Origin: Elusimicrobiota bacterium
Lineage (GTDB): Bacteria > Elusimicrobiota > Elusimicrobia > 2-01-FULL-59-12
NCBI GenBank assembly: GCA_041660185.1
Contig: JBAZWU010000001.1
Coordinates: 338,313-402,312 of the forward strand
Direction of reading: 5' to 3'
DNA length: 64,000 bases
The position numbers and the translations under genes were made by a program. Below, in pieces: positions 28,813 to 40,153 of the stretch. The notes below the pieces were generated by a model. It was not told the DNA's origin. It saw only the letters and a program-made list of their open reading frames with translations, and made no database searches. Each line of letters opens with the position of its first letter. Position 1 is the stretch's first letter.

Positions 28813-30564
28813 TTAGCGGATGATCACTGCTTTGGCACCCTTGGATTTATTATCCGCACGCACGAGGTAGAGGTAAACTCCCGGGGCCACCAGAGCGCCG
28901 TCTCCATTTTTCAAATCCCAAACAAACTCATAAACCCACTTCAGGTTGTCTGAACGATCGATATTTAAAGCGATCTCCTCTTTGCTGATTTTGCGGACCA
29001 GATCTCCGCTGAGCGTGTAAATGTTGATCTGGTAATCATTCGCGGGGCGAGTCAGATGAAATTGAAGGGTGGCATGCCCTTCCCCGCTGGGGTGCGCGTA
29101 GCCTTTCCCGGCTGGATTCGGGTAACTGATGACCTTCGAGATGGATTGATCGGCGGTGACAGCGAGATTGGCTACATCAAAGCGCGTGGTATCCGTCCCG
29201 ACACCTGAGATGTTTACGACACTGATTCCGGAGGCATCCCCGTTGAAGTTGTTCGACTGAGGGCTGATGAAATTCCGGCGTTCCCCCCCGAACGTGTTCC
29301 CGGAACTGCCCTGGTTCGACCCCGAAATGGCGATGCCGTTTGCAGTTACGATCGACACCCCGTAATGAGGGCTGCCGGAGTTGACGGTATTAGCCACGCT
29401 CTGATCGGTCGCGGTGACCCCCCGGGACGCGGTGATAGCGTCGTCCACATGCCAGATGATCAGTCCATCTCCCGGGATACTCTGATCATAGGCCGCGCCG
29501 GACGTCCGGAGACGATACTCGATCAGGAAGTATTCCTGCGGCAAACCATTCTGGACCGGGAGTTTGATCACTCTGGAGTTGGTTTCAACTGGATTCAGCG
29601 TGTAGCTGTCCCGTGTGGTGACGGTCTGTACTGTGGCCCAGCCGAGAGCCAGTTTGTCCCAGGCGCCGGGATGAGCGGGATTGGCGCCGGACCCGTCAAA
29701 GGGTCCGGAATCCATCAAGTCCCAATCCCCCACCACCGACGTGCCTCCGGCTGAGCCGGTATTGTACAGGTCGGGAAGTCCCAGCGCATGACCGAACTCG
29801 TGACAAATGACTCCCATCGGAGAGGAAATCCCGCTCGCCTCGGTTTCGGGAACCACATCGCCTTCGTTAAAACCCGTTCCCGCGGATTGAATAATCGCAT
29901 CATCCGAATAATAAATAGACCAGATATCCCCGTCGGCCAGGGTTGTTTCATTGCCGTTGCCGGCATGCATGACGATGACCGCGGCAAAACTCGTGGAGTT
30001 GACCGCTCCCCCGGCCGCGTTAAGAGCGTCCCGGATAAGGTAGTTGCCATTAGCCCCGATCGCCGGAGACGTGGGAGTGGTGACTCCGGAACAACCGGTT
30101 CCCTCATCGCCGCAGCCGTAGTATTCCATCGAGTGGGCTAAGGTGTATGCTCCGGCATCCGATGCAACGTCCTGATTGGGTGCTGTCGCTCCAAAGAACT
30201 TAAAACTTAACGTTAAATTGTTGTAGGAAGCCTCTGAAAAATAAGCCGATATATTAGAGAAATACGAAGCGATATTGGCGTAACTCTGGATAGTTCTGCT
30301 GCCGGAAGTCCAGCTGCCGTCAGCGCTCGGGAATTGAACCAGGATTACGGCGATGGTCTTAGGGCCGGAGGCGCTGGAAATAATGGCGGCTCGCGCCGTA
30401 CCCGCGGCGTGAATTTGAGCTTTGGAAGGGCGATGCATTTGATCTTGAAACGCCTTGGGGTAAGCGTCCGGCTGGATATGGCGCATGGTCCATCCGGGTG
30501 AGGCGATCAGGAAGCTGCTGCAAACAACGGAAAGAAATTTCCGCATAAATTTCTTAAACGTCAT
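28813..30564 (-). CDS. secreted M6-family (immune inhibitor A-like) zinc metalloprotease with T9SS C-terminal sorting domain
   Basis: Signal peptide. HEFGHALGLPDLY (HEXXH+D/Y typical of M6/InhA). C-terminal ~80 aa ..GVYLYLVRADNKSKGAKAVIIR resemble the Por/T9SS CTD. Confidence 0.7.
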   Translation of the reverse strand: MTFKKFMRKFLSVVCSSFLIASPGWTMRHIQPDAYPKAFQDQMHRPSKAQIHAAGTARAAIISSASGPKTIAVILVQFPSADGSWTSGSRTIQSYANIASYFSNISAYFSEASYNNLTLSFKFFGATAPNQDVASDAGAYTLAHSMEYYGCGDEGTGCSGVTTPTSPAIGANGNYLIRDALNAAGGAVNSTSFAAVIVMHAGNGNETTLADGDIWSIYYSDDAIIQSAGTGFNEGDVVPETEASGISSPMGVICHEFGHALGLPDLYNTGSAGGTSVVGDWDLMDSGPFDGSGANPAHPGAWDKLALGWATVQTVTTRDSYTLNPVETNSRVIKLPVQNGLPQEYFLIEYRLRTSGAAYDQSIPGDGLIIWHVDDAITASRGVTATDQSVANTVNSGSPHYGVSIVTANGIAISGSNQGSSGNTFGGERRNFISPQSNNFNGDASGISVVNISGVGTDTTRFDVANLAVTADQSISKVISYPNPAGKGYAHPSGEGHATLQFHLTRPANDYQINIYTLSGDLVRKISKEEIALNIDRSDNLKWVYEFVWDLKNGDGALVAPGVYLYLVRADNKSKGAKAVIIR

Positions 30565-30640
30565 CCCCCGCGGCCATTGGCTGGGGATCTATACATCGCA
30601 AAACAGGATAGATTCCCGGCCAACGACCGCCGGGAATGAC
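30560..30640. repeat. bipartite palindromic repeat, copy 3 (inverted order)
   Basis: GTCATCCCCCGCGG..TGGGGAT plus ATTCCCGGCcaacgacGCCGGGAATGAC. Lies between the ahcY stop and the protease start. Confidence 0.55.
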
Positions 30641-30652
30641 GACAAAAAGTTG

Positions 30653-32065
<1,413 letters not shown>

Positions 32066-33289
32066 TTACCGGCAGCCCAGCGCGACCCGTTCGTCACTGC
32101 AGCCATTACCGCCGCAGGCGTAGGAGGCTCCAAGTTCTTTGCGCAGGCTGGCGACCTTATCGGTTTTCTCCCAGGTAAAGGTGCTTTCCGTACGGCCAAA
32201 GTGACCATACGCAGCGGTGGCCCGGTAGATGGGGCGGCGAAGCTTCAGATGGTCAATGATGCCTTGCGGCGTGAGCGCGAAGGTTTTGCGGACGGCTCGA
32301 ACCAGCGTTTCTTCATCCACATCGCTTGTCCCATGCGTGTCGATCATAATACTGACCGGCTCGGCGACTCCGATCGCGTAGGCGAGTTGGACGGTGCATT
32401 TATGCGCCACTCCCGCGGCCACGATGTTCTTGGCCACGTATCGCGCCATATAACAGGCGGACCGATCGACTTTGGTGGGATCTTTACCGGAGAAGGCTCC
32501 CCCCCCGTGCGCGGCCATGCCGCCGTAGGTGTCGACAATGATTTTGCGGCCGGTCACGCCGGTATCCGACTGCGGTCCCCCGATCACGAACTTGCCGGTC
32601 GGGTTGACGTAATACTTGGTGTTTTTGTCGAGCATTTTGGCTGGAAGGACCGGAAGCACGACTTTATCGATAATTTCATCGACCGCGGCTTTGGTGATTC
32701 GCTTGCCGGTCCGATCAAGAATCTCTTCGGTGTGCTGGGAGCTCACGACGACGGTGTCCACGCGAAAGGGTTTGCCGTCGCGGTACTCCACCGTCACCTG
32801 GGATTTTCCATCCGGGCCCAGGTATTTCAAAATTCCTTTTTTGCGAACCTCAGCCAAACGACGGCTGATGGCATGCGCTTGCATGATCGGCATCGGCATC
32901 AGTTCCGGTGTTTCCCGGCAGGCAAATCCGATCATGAGTCCCTGGTCACCTGCGCCGCCGACGTTCACGCCTTGCGCGATGTCCGGAGACTGGCGTCCGA
33001 TGGCGTTCAGGACCGCACAGCTCTCAAAATTGAATCCGTACTTGGCGTTCGTATAGCCGATGTCTTTCACGACTTTGCGCACCAAGTCGGCCACTTCGAC
33101 GTAGCCTTTGGTTGTGATTTCGCCGCCGACAATACACAGACCGACCGTGATAAACGTTTCGCAGGCCACGCGACCGGTGGGGTCTTGTCGCAAAACCTCA
33201 TCCAAAACGGCATCAGAAATCTGGTCACAAACTTTATCCGGATGACCTTCGGTTACGGATTCAGATGTAAAGACATAACGATTCGCCAT
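32066..33289 (-). CDS. metK: S-adenosylmethionine synthetase
   Basis: [24 protein letters not shown] and [16 protein letters not shown] motifs. Confidence 0.95.
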   Translation of the reverse strand: MANRYVFTSESVTEGHPDKVCDQISDAVLDEVLRQDPTGRVACETFITVGLCIVGGEITTKGYVEVADLVRKVVKDIGYTNAKYGFNFESCAVLNAIGRQSPDIAQGVNVGGAGDQGLMIGFACRETPELMPMPIMQAHAISRRLAEVRKKGILKYLGPDGKSQVTVEYRDGKPFRVDTVVVSSQHTEEILDRTGKRITKAAVDEIIDKVVLPVLPAKMLDKNTKYYVNPTGKFVIGGPQSDTGVTGRKIIVDTYGGMAAHGGGAFSGKDPTKVDRSACYMARYVAKNIVAAGVAHKCTVQLAYAIGVAEPVSIMIDTHGTSDVDEETLVRAVRKTFALTPQGIIDHLKLRRPIYRATAAYGHFGRTESTFTWEKTDKVASLRKELGASYACGGNGCSDERVALGCR

Positions 33290-33353
33290 GGGAATTCCTT
33301 TCAAGAGGTTATGTAAGTCGTAAGATTATCATTTTACTGACGTCATAATCCAA

Positions 33354-34415
33354 TCACTTGGAGAGGTTAATGACCGAGCCTTCGTAGACGGAAATATTTT
33401 CAGTGACGCGCGCGTGATGGCCGATCACGCAGTTTTCCAGCCGGACGTGCCGCTCGACATGCACGTCATTCCAAAGGATGCAATTTTGAAGCACACACTT
33501 CCGGCTGATGCGCGCACGGTCGCCGATGACGGTGTAGGCGCCGATCACCGCATCACGGGCGATAGTGCAGTTTTTGCCGATCAGACACGGCGCTTCAAGC
33601 TTCGCTCCGGGTTCAATGACGGTCCCTTCACCGATCCAGACTCCCGGCTGGATCGGGCGGCCGGGCAGTTGAATGCCGGCTTTGCCTTCCAGTGCATCCC
33701 GCTGGGCGCGCCGATACTCGGCGAGATTGCCCACATCGCACCAATACTCTTTCAGAACATAACCGTATATAGGAAGATGCTGTTTCAGGAGTTCCGGCCA
33801 CACCTCATGCCCGAAATCATAGACACGTCTTTTGGGGATCCGGGAGAGAATCTGGGGTTCAAACACGTAAATGCCGGTATTGACCTGATTGGAAAAGACA
33901 TCGCTCCATTTCGGTTTTTCGATAAAGCGTGTGATGCGGTTTTTTGGATCGGTCATGGTAATACCGTATTCAAAGCGGGTGTCCAGGGGCTTCAATCCCA
34001 TCGTGCCAACCGAATGATGACTGCGGTGAAACTCCAGCAGATCCGTCAGGTTCACGTTCGTCAGGCCATCTCCGGACATGACCAGAAAGGTCCCCTTCCT
34101 CAAAATAGATTCCACTTTCTTAACGCCTCCGGCGGTCCCGAGCAGTTCGGGTTCCATGGAATAATGGATCTTTAATCCCCAGGCCGATCCATCCTTAAAG
34201 TAATCCTGAATCAGGTGGGGATGGTTATGAAGATTCAGGACGACTTCCTGAATGCCGTGACGTTTCAGATTTTCGAGGGTATATTCCAGGACCGGCCGGT
34301 TGGCGATCGGAACCATAGGTTTTGGGATGGCGTTAGTCAGAGGCCTGAGCCGCGTGCCGGCGCCGGCCGCCATGACCATGGCCCGTACCGGATGTTGTTT
34401 AGCGGGGGTTGTCAT
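33354..34415 (-). CDS. sugar-1-phosphate nucleotidylyltransferase with C-terminal left-handed beta-helix (GDP-mannose pyrophosphorylase-like)
   Basis: AAGAGTRLRPLT..KPMVPI NTP-transferase motif and C-terminal hexapeptide repeats. Adjacent to the phosphomannomutase gene. Confidence 0.7.
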   Translation of the reverse strand: MTTPAKQHPVRAMVMAAGAGTRLRPLTNAIPKPMVPIANRPVLEYTLENLKRHGIQEVVLNLHNHPHLIQDYFKDGSAWGLKIHYSMEPELLGTAGGVKKVESILRKGTFLVMSGDGLTNVNLTDLLEFHRSHHSVGTMGLKPLDTRFEYGITMTDPKNRITRFIEKPKWSDVFSNQVNTGIYVFEPQILSRIPKRRVYDFGHEVWPELLKQHLPIYGYVLKEYWCDVGNLAEYRRAQRDALEGKAGIQLPGRPIQPGVWIGEGTVIEPGAKLEAPCLIGKNCTIARDAVIGAYTVIGDRARISRKCVLQNCILWNDVHVERHVRLENCVIGHHARVTENISVYEGSVINLSK

Positions 34416-35898
34416 TGGACGTATTCTGCAACATTTTTTGAACGGATTTCCGGGCCCAGCCGAGCAGTTGGTCCGTTCGAGACCAGCTGTCTGATTCGGC
34501 ATACGTGGGCAACATTGGTTCTGTCCCCGAAGGGCGAAGAAGAACCCATTCGCCGCTCTGAAGAATAATTTTCACTCCGTCGGAAGGGCGCACCTCTTGG
34601 ATCGCCTGGCTCAGAAGCCGTGTCGGTAGGCCGTTGGTTACCTGGCGGGCAAAGGCCGTCTTGTCCGTGATCGGTTGTTTCAGGGAGAAGTCCACCCGTT
34701 TGAACCGGGCGCGCCCGAAACGCCGTTCCATGTCGGTCAACAGTTGTGACGGTGTTTCTCGCCGGACCGCAAGCATTTCCAGAAAAAGGAGCCCGGAGAG
34801 AATCCCGTCACGTTCGGGAATGCCCCCGCGGACCGCATAGCCCCCGGATTCTTCCCCTCCGGCCAAGACGTCTTCTTTCACCATGCGTTCCGCAATATGT
34901 TTGAACCCGACAGGGACTTCCTCAAACGGCAGGTTGTAAGCCTGTGCGATGCGTTCGCCCAGCGCACCCAGGGAAACCGACTGAACAATTTTCCCCTGCC
35001 ATTTCTTGTGTTCCACGCAGTGCAGCACGAGCAACGGGAAAACCTGATGCGGTGTCAGATAACGTCCTTTCTCGTCCACCATGCCCAGGCGATCGGCATC
35101 GCCGTCCAGCGCGACTCCGGCCACCGCGCGTCTGGAGCGAACTTCTTTTTTGAGATCGGATAGATAGGCCTCGATAGGTTCCGGGTGCAGGCCTCCGAAG
35201 AGGACGTCATGGTTCGCATGGAGCGAATGGATTTTCAGGGCCGAACCCCGAAGAAGCTGTTCCGGAATTCCCGCGCCAACGCCATACAAATAATCAAAAA
35301 CCACAGACGCTTTCCAGCGTTTTAGCAAAGACCAGTCCAGGCGGCTTTTCAGGAAGCGTTCGTAGGTAGGCCAGTAGTCGAACGTTTCAATCGGCGAGCG
35401 GCGAGCAGCGAGCGGTGAGCTAGGAACATCTGCTGGATGATCAGGTATTCCTTGCTTGCTGCTCGCTGCTTGCTGCTCGCTAAGATGTTTCTCGATTTCC
35501 GCCGTAATCTCCGGCGGAGCGGAACGGCCCAAAGCATCTTTAATTTTGAAGCCGTTGTAGAGAGCAGGATTATGGCTGGCGGTCATCACGATTCCCCAGG
35601 CCGCGTGCTGTTCTTTTACACAAACGGAAACGGCCGGGGTGGGCAACGGAGACGAAGCCAGGCGCACGTGAAAACCGTTGGAGTGTAGAATCCGGGCCAC
35701 GCAATCGGCAAAAGCGGGAGAAAGGAAACGTCGATCGTAGCCGACCAGAATCAGCGGCGAACGGCCGTGGCGGCGAAAAACAGGGATCGCCGCCTCGGTC
35801 ACCTGCCGCAGGTTGTCAAACGTGAAATCGTCGGCAATCACGCCGCGCCAACCGTCCGTTCCAAAACGGATATCAGCCAAAACGGCCACCAAAGCCAC
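34399..35898 (-). CDS. phosphomannomutase/phosphoglucomutase (alpha-D-phosphohexomutase)
   Basis: Active-site TASHNP and GDGDADR motifs. Confidence 0.85.
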   Translation of the reverse strand: MALVAVLADIRFGTDGWRGVIADDFTFDNLRQVTEAAIPVFRRHGRSPLILVGYDRRFLSPAFADCVARILHSNGFHVRLASSPLPTPAVSVCVKEQHAAWGIVMTASHNPALYNGFKIKDALGRSAPPEITAEIEKHLSEQQAASSKQGIPDHPADVPSSPLAARRSPIETFDYWPTYERFLKSRLDWSLLKRWKASVVFDYLYGVGAGIPEQLLRGSALKIHSLHANHDVLFGGLHPEPIEAYLSDLKKEVRSRRAVAGVALDGDADRLGMVDEKGRYLTPHQVFPLLVLHCVEHKKWQGKIVQSVSLGALGERIAQAYNLPFEEVPVGFKHIAERMVKEDVLAGGEESGGYAVRGGIPERDGILSGLLFLEMLAVRRETPSQLLTDMERRFGRARFKRVDFSLKQPITDKTAFARQVTNGLPTRLLSQAIQEVRPSDGVKIILQSGEWVLLRPSGTEPMLPTYAESDSWSRTDQLLGWARKSVQKMLQNTSNDNPR

Positions 35899-35927
35899 GA
35901 CAGCCGCGACAGTTAGGGACGAGCATG

Positions 35928-36287
35928 TTAGCGAGACCTCTTTACGCTAGCCAGCAGCGCCGCCAGCATTTTCTCTGTCTGGTTTATGCAATCCCGCGTT
36001 TCGGAATAGTGGGCATCGGATAGGAGTTTTCGCTCATAGGCGAATTGTAATAAGTAAGAAGTTTCGCCCAAGGAACGGAAAGCAATGTTCAAAAACTGGT
36101 GGAACTCACCATCATGAGAACTATATGACCCCTCGACAATATTAGTGGGGACGGATAGAGCGGCTCTCTGAAGTTGGCTGGTGAGGCCAAAACGATGCTC
36201 CTTTGGGAAAGACTCGCTGATTGTGTAGATCTGGTGGGCCAGTTCATTGGCTTTTTGCCATACAAGCAGTTTCTTGTACTCACGCAT
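35928..36287 (-). CDS. four-helix-bundle protein (23S rRNA intervening-sequence protein family)
   Basis: LLVWQKANELAHQIY..FGLTSQLQRAALSVPTNIVEG..FLNIAFRSLGETSYLL signature. Confidence 0.8.
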   Translation of the reverse strand: MREYKKLLVWQKANELAHQIYTISESFPKEHRFGLTSQLQRAALSVPTNIVEGSYSSHDGEFHQFLNIAFRSLGETSYLLQFAYERKLLSDAHYSETRDCINQTEKMLAALLASVKRSR

Positions 36288-36693
36288 GAACTGACCTTCT
36301 GGTTCTTTGCGCTCGCGAAACTGTCTTGGCTGTAGTGGCTGTCGTGCCTGTTTTGGCTTTCAATCGGCCGTAATCGTCTTCCAGACGGACGACATCATCA
36401 ACGTGGGGAGTGGAAACTTCGATGAGTCGAACATCCTCATAGGGGGCGGTAAAGCGATGAATGATTCTCGGGGAGATATCCGCAACGGAGCCGGACTTCA
36501 TCAGACGTTTACGGCCATTAATTTCAAGCACCCATTTTCCCTTATCGGCATACACCGTCTCCTGTTTCCGGCGATGGAATTGTTTGCTTAAGCGGTGGCC
36601 TTTTCGGATAAAGATGAGTTTGCCCACATACTTTCTTGTGTGAGCAAACCACATCTCCCAACCCCAGGGTTTATGGACCTTTTTTAGTTTCAT
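36280..36693 (-). CDS. cupin-domain protein
   Basis: KPWGWE cupin motif. Start set at MKLKK. The C-terminal tail is low-complexity, so the exact stop is uncertain. Confidence 0.55.
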   Translation of the reverse strand: MKLKKVHKPWGWEMWFAHTRKYVGKLIFIRKGHRLSKQFHRRKQETVYADKGKWVLEINGRKRLMKSGSVADISPRIIHRFTAPYEDVRLIEVSTPHVDDVVRLEDDYGRLKAKTGTTATTAKTVSRAQRTRRSVHA

Positions 36694-36698
36694 CGGAT

Positions 36699-37640
36699 TC
36701 AGGTGCGTTTGGACGGGGGTTTCTTTTGAGATTGAAAGTATCGATAGGTTTCGGTCAGCCCCTGCGCAAGCGTCCGGGCCGGTTTCCATCCTAAGCCCTT
36801 GGCGGCTTTCCCAATATCCAGAACGCTGCGTTCCAGCTCGCCGGGCCGTGCGGGCGCATAGTCGGGTTTTGACCCGCCCTGATGAATCGCACAGAGTTCC
36901 TGGTAAAGCCGGTTTACGGAAACAGGGACACCGGTGCCGATATTAAAGACGTCGTTTTCTCCCTTTAACAAAGCGGCGTTGTTGGCTTCAACAATATCCC
37001 CCACCTGGACGTAATCGCGTTCCTGTTCTCCTGTCCCGTAGATGGTCACCGGTTCACCCGCCAGCAGTTTCCCGATGAAGATGGAGACAACTCCGGCTTC
37101 TCCGTTGGGGTCCTGCCTCGGGCCGTAGACATTCCCGTAGCGCAGAATGGTGTACGGCAGATGGTAAAACTCTCCAAAAAACCGGATATAGGTTTCAGCG
37201 GTAGCCTTGCTGAATCCGTAGGGAGAAGAGGGTCTTGGCGCGTCGTCTTCCTTCCCGGGGCGGGTCTTGCATTCGCCATAAATCGTTCCGCCGGAAGACG
37301 AGAAGATGAATTTCCGAACCCCATAGGTCCGGCAGCAATCCAATAATCGTAACGTCCCGAGAATATTCACCGAGGCATCCAGGAATGGATCCTGAACGGA
37401 ACGCCGGACATCGATCTGGGCGGCCAGGTGATTCACAATGTCGAAACCGGATTTGGCGAAAAGGGTGCTGATATTCGGATCCCGGATGTCCATCGCGACA
37501 AAGGTGGCTTTGGGATTCACATTTTTCTTTTTGCCGGAGGAGAGATCGTCCACAATCGTCACGTCATGTCCAAGCGCCACGTAAGAATCGGCAATCTGGG
37601 ATGCGATAAATCCGGCGCCGCCGGTGACGAGAATTTTCAT
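36699..37640 (-). CDS. NAD-dependent nucleotide-sugar epimerase/dehydratase (extended SDR)
   Basis: MKILVTGGAGFIASQI Rossmann motif and YxxxK region. Confidence 0.85.
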   Translation of the reverse strand: MKILVTGGAGFIASQIADSYVALGHDVTIVDDLSSGKKKNVNPKATFVAMDIRDPNISTLFAKSGFDIVNHLAAQIDVRRSVQDPFLDASVNILGTLRLLDCCRTYGVRKFIFSSSGGTIYGECKTRPGKEDDAPRPSSPYGFSKATAETYIRFFGEFYHLPYTILRYGNVYGPRQDPNGEAGVVSIFIGKLLAGEPVTIYGTGEQERDYVQVGDIVEANNAALLKGENDVFNIGTGVPVSVNRLYQELCAIHQGGSKPDYAPARPGELERSVLDIGKAAKGLGWKPARTLAQGLTETYRYFQSQKKPPSKRT

Positions 37641-39028
37641 TAATAGGCTCCTTCGCGGGCGAAAATAGCGGGCAGTGTTCTAATCAAAATCTTGAGATCA
37701 AGGCCCAATGACCAGTTTTCCAGATAAAAAATATCAAGATTAATCATTTCCTCGTAGCTGAGGGACGCGCGGCCGCTGACCTGCCAGAGACCGGTGATGC
37801 CGGGGAGTACGCGGAGGCGTTTCTTGGCGTTCTCGTCGTAATGCGCGGCTTCCCATAGGACTTGCGGCCGGGGTCCGACCAGGCTCATGTCCCCTTTGAG
37901 AACATTGATAATTTGGGGGAGCTCATCTAGGCTGAGGGCTCTCAGCCAGGATCCCGCCCAGGTGATGCGAGGATCATTTTTCATTTTAAAAACCGGGCCC
38001 TCGCGATCGCTGAGGTGTTTCAGCTCTTCGATGTAATCGTCCGCATTGGCCACCATGGTGCGGAATTTGAAAAGCTTGAATTCGCGGCCTCTGAAACCGA
38101 CCCGTTTTTGTGAAAACAGAATCGGCCCCGGGGTGTCCAATCGAATGAGAGCGGCGATCAGGATGAGCGGGATCACGCAAACCGATAAAATCGCCAGGCT
38201 GACAACGATGTCGAAAATCCGTTTCATGTAAAAATTGGCCCCATGCAGCGAAAGGGGTTTAATCCGGAATGTCGGCAACCCGCAGAAGCGGTCGAAGATA
38301 ATCTCGCCGCGCCGCATTTCTAAAAGGTCGGGAACAATTTTGCATTCGAGATCCAGCGATTCGCAGGCGCGCGACGCCTCCAGAATGGCGGAGGAAGACA
38401 CCAAACCCTGGATGAGGAGGACTTCTGAAATATGATGGGACAATATTCGTTTCATGAGATCGGCCGCATCGGGCACGGTTTCCATAAAGGTTGCTTTGAC
38501 GAAGGGCTGGTGTCCGGCCATTTCGTGAATGATGTTCGCCGTTTTCCCTTTGCCCACCACCAGGACATGTCGGGGACCCACCACCCGCTCGGTCAACCAG
38601 CGGAAAAGCAGCTTATCGCATTCGCGAAGGATGTAGAGAAGGCTAACGCTGTAGACCGCCCAGAGCCCAAGCACCAATCGGGAGTATTCCACTCCCCGGT
38701 AGGCGAAGGTAACGGCGGTCGTTAACAACGAACATATCAGGATTCCGCGGCTGACCAGAATCAATTCGTCGTAGGCGCTTTGCAGGGTGTCCCGGTAGAA
38801 ACCCATATAGCCAAAGACCAGTAGACAAATGGGAAGCAGCGCCCAGAGGGCTTGCTGATAAAAGTGGATGTCGGGAATACCTTTCAAGGGCGGAAAGAGA
38901 GCCGTAAAGACGGGCCAGGAAAAGCGTGTCCAGTAAGCTCCCTGAAATGCGGCGATCAGACCGCTGATATCCAGAAGCAACAGGCTGGCGATGAAAAAAA
39001 TGCGTAAATAATGGCGGTGCATCGTCAT
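37640..39028 (-). CDS. undecaprenyl-phosphate sugar phosphotransferase (WbaP/CpsE-like initiating transferase)
   Basis: N-terminal TM helices and a C-terminal Bac_transf block KRIFDIVVS..GPILFSQKRVGFRGREFKLFKFRTM. Confidence 0.8.
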   Translation of the reverse strand: MTMHRHYLRIFFIASLLLLDISGLIAAFQGAYWTRFSWPVFTALFPPLKGIPDIHFYQQALWALLPICLLVFGYMGFYRDTLQSAYDELILVSRGILICSLLTTAVTFAYRGVEYSRLVLGLWAVYSVSLLYILRECDKLLFRWLTERVVGPRHVLVVGKGKTANIIHEMAGHQPFVKATFMETVPDAADLMKRILSHHISEVLLIQGLVSSSAILEASRACESLDLECKIVPDLLEMRRGEIIFDRFCGLPTFRIKPLSLHGANFYMKRIFDIVVSLAILSVCVIPLILIAALIRLDTPGPILFSQKRVGFRGREFKLFKFRTMVANADDYIEELKHLSDREGPVFKMKNDPRITWAGSWLRALSLDELPQIINVLKGDMSLVGPRPQVLWEAAHYDENAKKRLRVLPGITGLWQVSGRASLSYEEMINLDIFYLENWSLGLDLKILIRTLPAIFAREGAY

Positions 39029-39043
39029 GTTTGAGCCGTGATT

Positions 39044-40153
39044 TTATGACATTTCAGCACGGTATTCAATGAACAGCGACCGGAACGCCTGCTCGCAGCG
39101 GTCTCGGCTGAAACGTTCCGCATGAGAGCGGATCGCGTTGCGATCCAAAGACGTTTGCTCAAAGGACTCGATTGCGGTCATCAAATCGCGGGAGGTCTGG
39201 CGATCAAAGAATAAGCCGGTTTTCTTTTCCGCGACGGTTTCCAGCGCCCCGCCTTTTCGGAAAGCGATCACGGGGCATCCGGCGGACATCGCCTCCAATG
39301 GAACGATGCCAAAATCTTCTTCTCCCGGAAAAATCAGCGCGCGCGCCTGCTGATAATGGGAGCGCAAGGCGTCATTGGACATCCAGCCCAGGAATTGGAT
39401 ATTGGGGGTGGCCTGATTCTGCAGCGCGGCGCTTTCCTGTCCTTCCCCGATGATGACGAGTTTCTTTCCGGATTGTTTGAACGTTTCGATCGCCAGGTCA
39501 ATACGTTTGTAAGGTGCCAGGGCGCTGACGATGAGATAAAACGGTTCCACCGGTTTCGGCACGTTTTCTATCCCTTGAGAGAAAAAAGCATGATCAACAG
39601 GCGGGTAAATCACCTGGGAGTCGCGATGATAAATGCGTTGGATTCGTTCCCTGACGTTTTGTGAATTGGCGATGAACGTATGGACGCGCGGCACAGTACG
39701 CAGATCCCATTGCTGAAGCGGCTGTCGCAACAGGTGCATCAATCCGCGTGTCAGGATAGACGATCGACCGGGGCCGAAATACTCTTCAAATTGGTCCCAG
39801 ATATAACGCATCGGGGTGTGGCAGTAGCAGACGTGACGCGCTTTCCCGCGCGGGATCGCGCCTTTGGCGACACAGTGACTGGTGCTGATGATGACGTCAT
39901 ACCCTATGAAATCGAATTGCTGGATGGCCCAGGGCATCAAGGGCAACAAATGGCGGTAGTAGCGCCGCACCTGCGGCAGGCGTTGCAGCGGTGAGGTAAA
40001 AATACGATGGCGTTCGATCGTCGGGCTCACCTGGCCCGGCGCGTGAACAAGGGTAAAGAGATCGGCTTTTGGAAAGAGGTCGCACAAGACTTCGAGGACC
40101 TTTTCTCCCCCCCGCATACCGGTCAGCCAGTCATGAACCAGAGCGATTTTCAT
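39044..40153 (-). CDS. glycosyltransferase family 4
   Basis: GT-B with EGFGIVPLEAMSAGCPVIA motif. Start trimmed to MKIALVHDW. Confidence 0.8.
   Translation of the reverse strand: MKIALVHDWLTGMRGGEKVLEVLCDLFPKADLFTLVHAPGQVSPTIERHRIFTSPLQRLPQVRRYYRHLLPLMPWAIQQFDFIGYDVIISTSHCVAKGAIPRGKARHVCYCHTPMRYIWDQFEEYFGPGRSSILTRGLMHLLRQPLQQWDLRTVPRVHTFIANSQNVRERIQRIYHRDSQVIYPPVDHAFFSQGIENVPKPVEPFYLIVSALAPYKRIDLAIETFKQSGKKLVIIGEGQESAALQNQATPNIQFLGWMSNDALRSHYQQARALIFPGEEDFGIVPLEAMSAGCPVIAFRKGGALETVAEKKTGLFFDRQTSRDLMTAIESFEQTSLDRNAIRSHAERFSRDRCEQAFRSLFIEYRAEMS

Noticed and set aside
35400-35490. Imperfect inverted (GCGAGC)n hexamer repeats inside the phosphomannomutase gene
   Set aside because: They lie within an open reading frame encoding a low-complexity loop (..AARRSPIE..EQQAASSKQ..). 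They look like coding sequence bias or a small insertion rather than a mobile or regulatory element.
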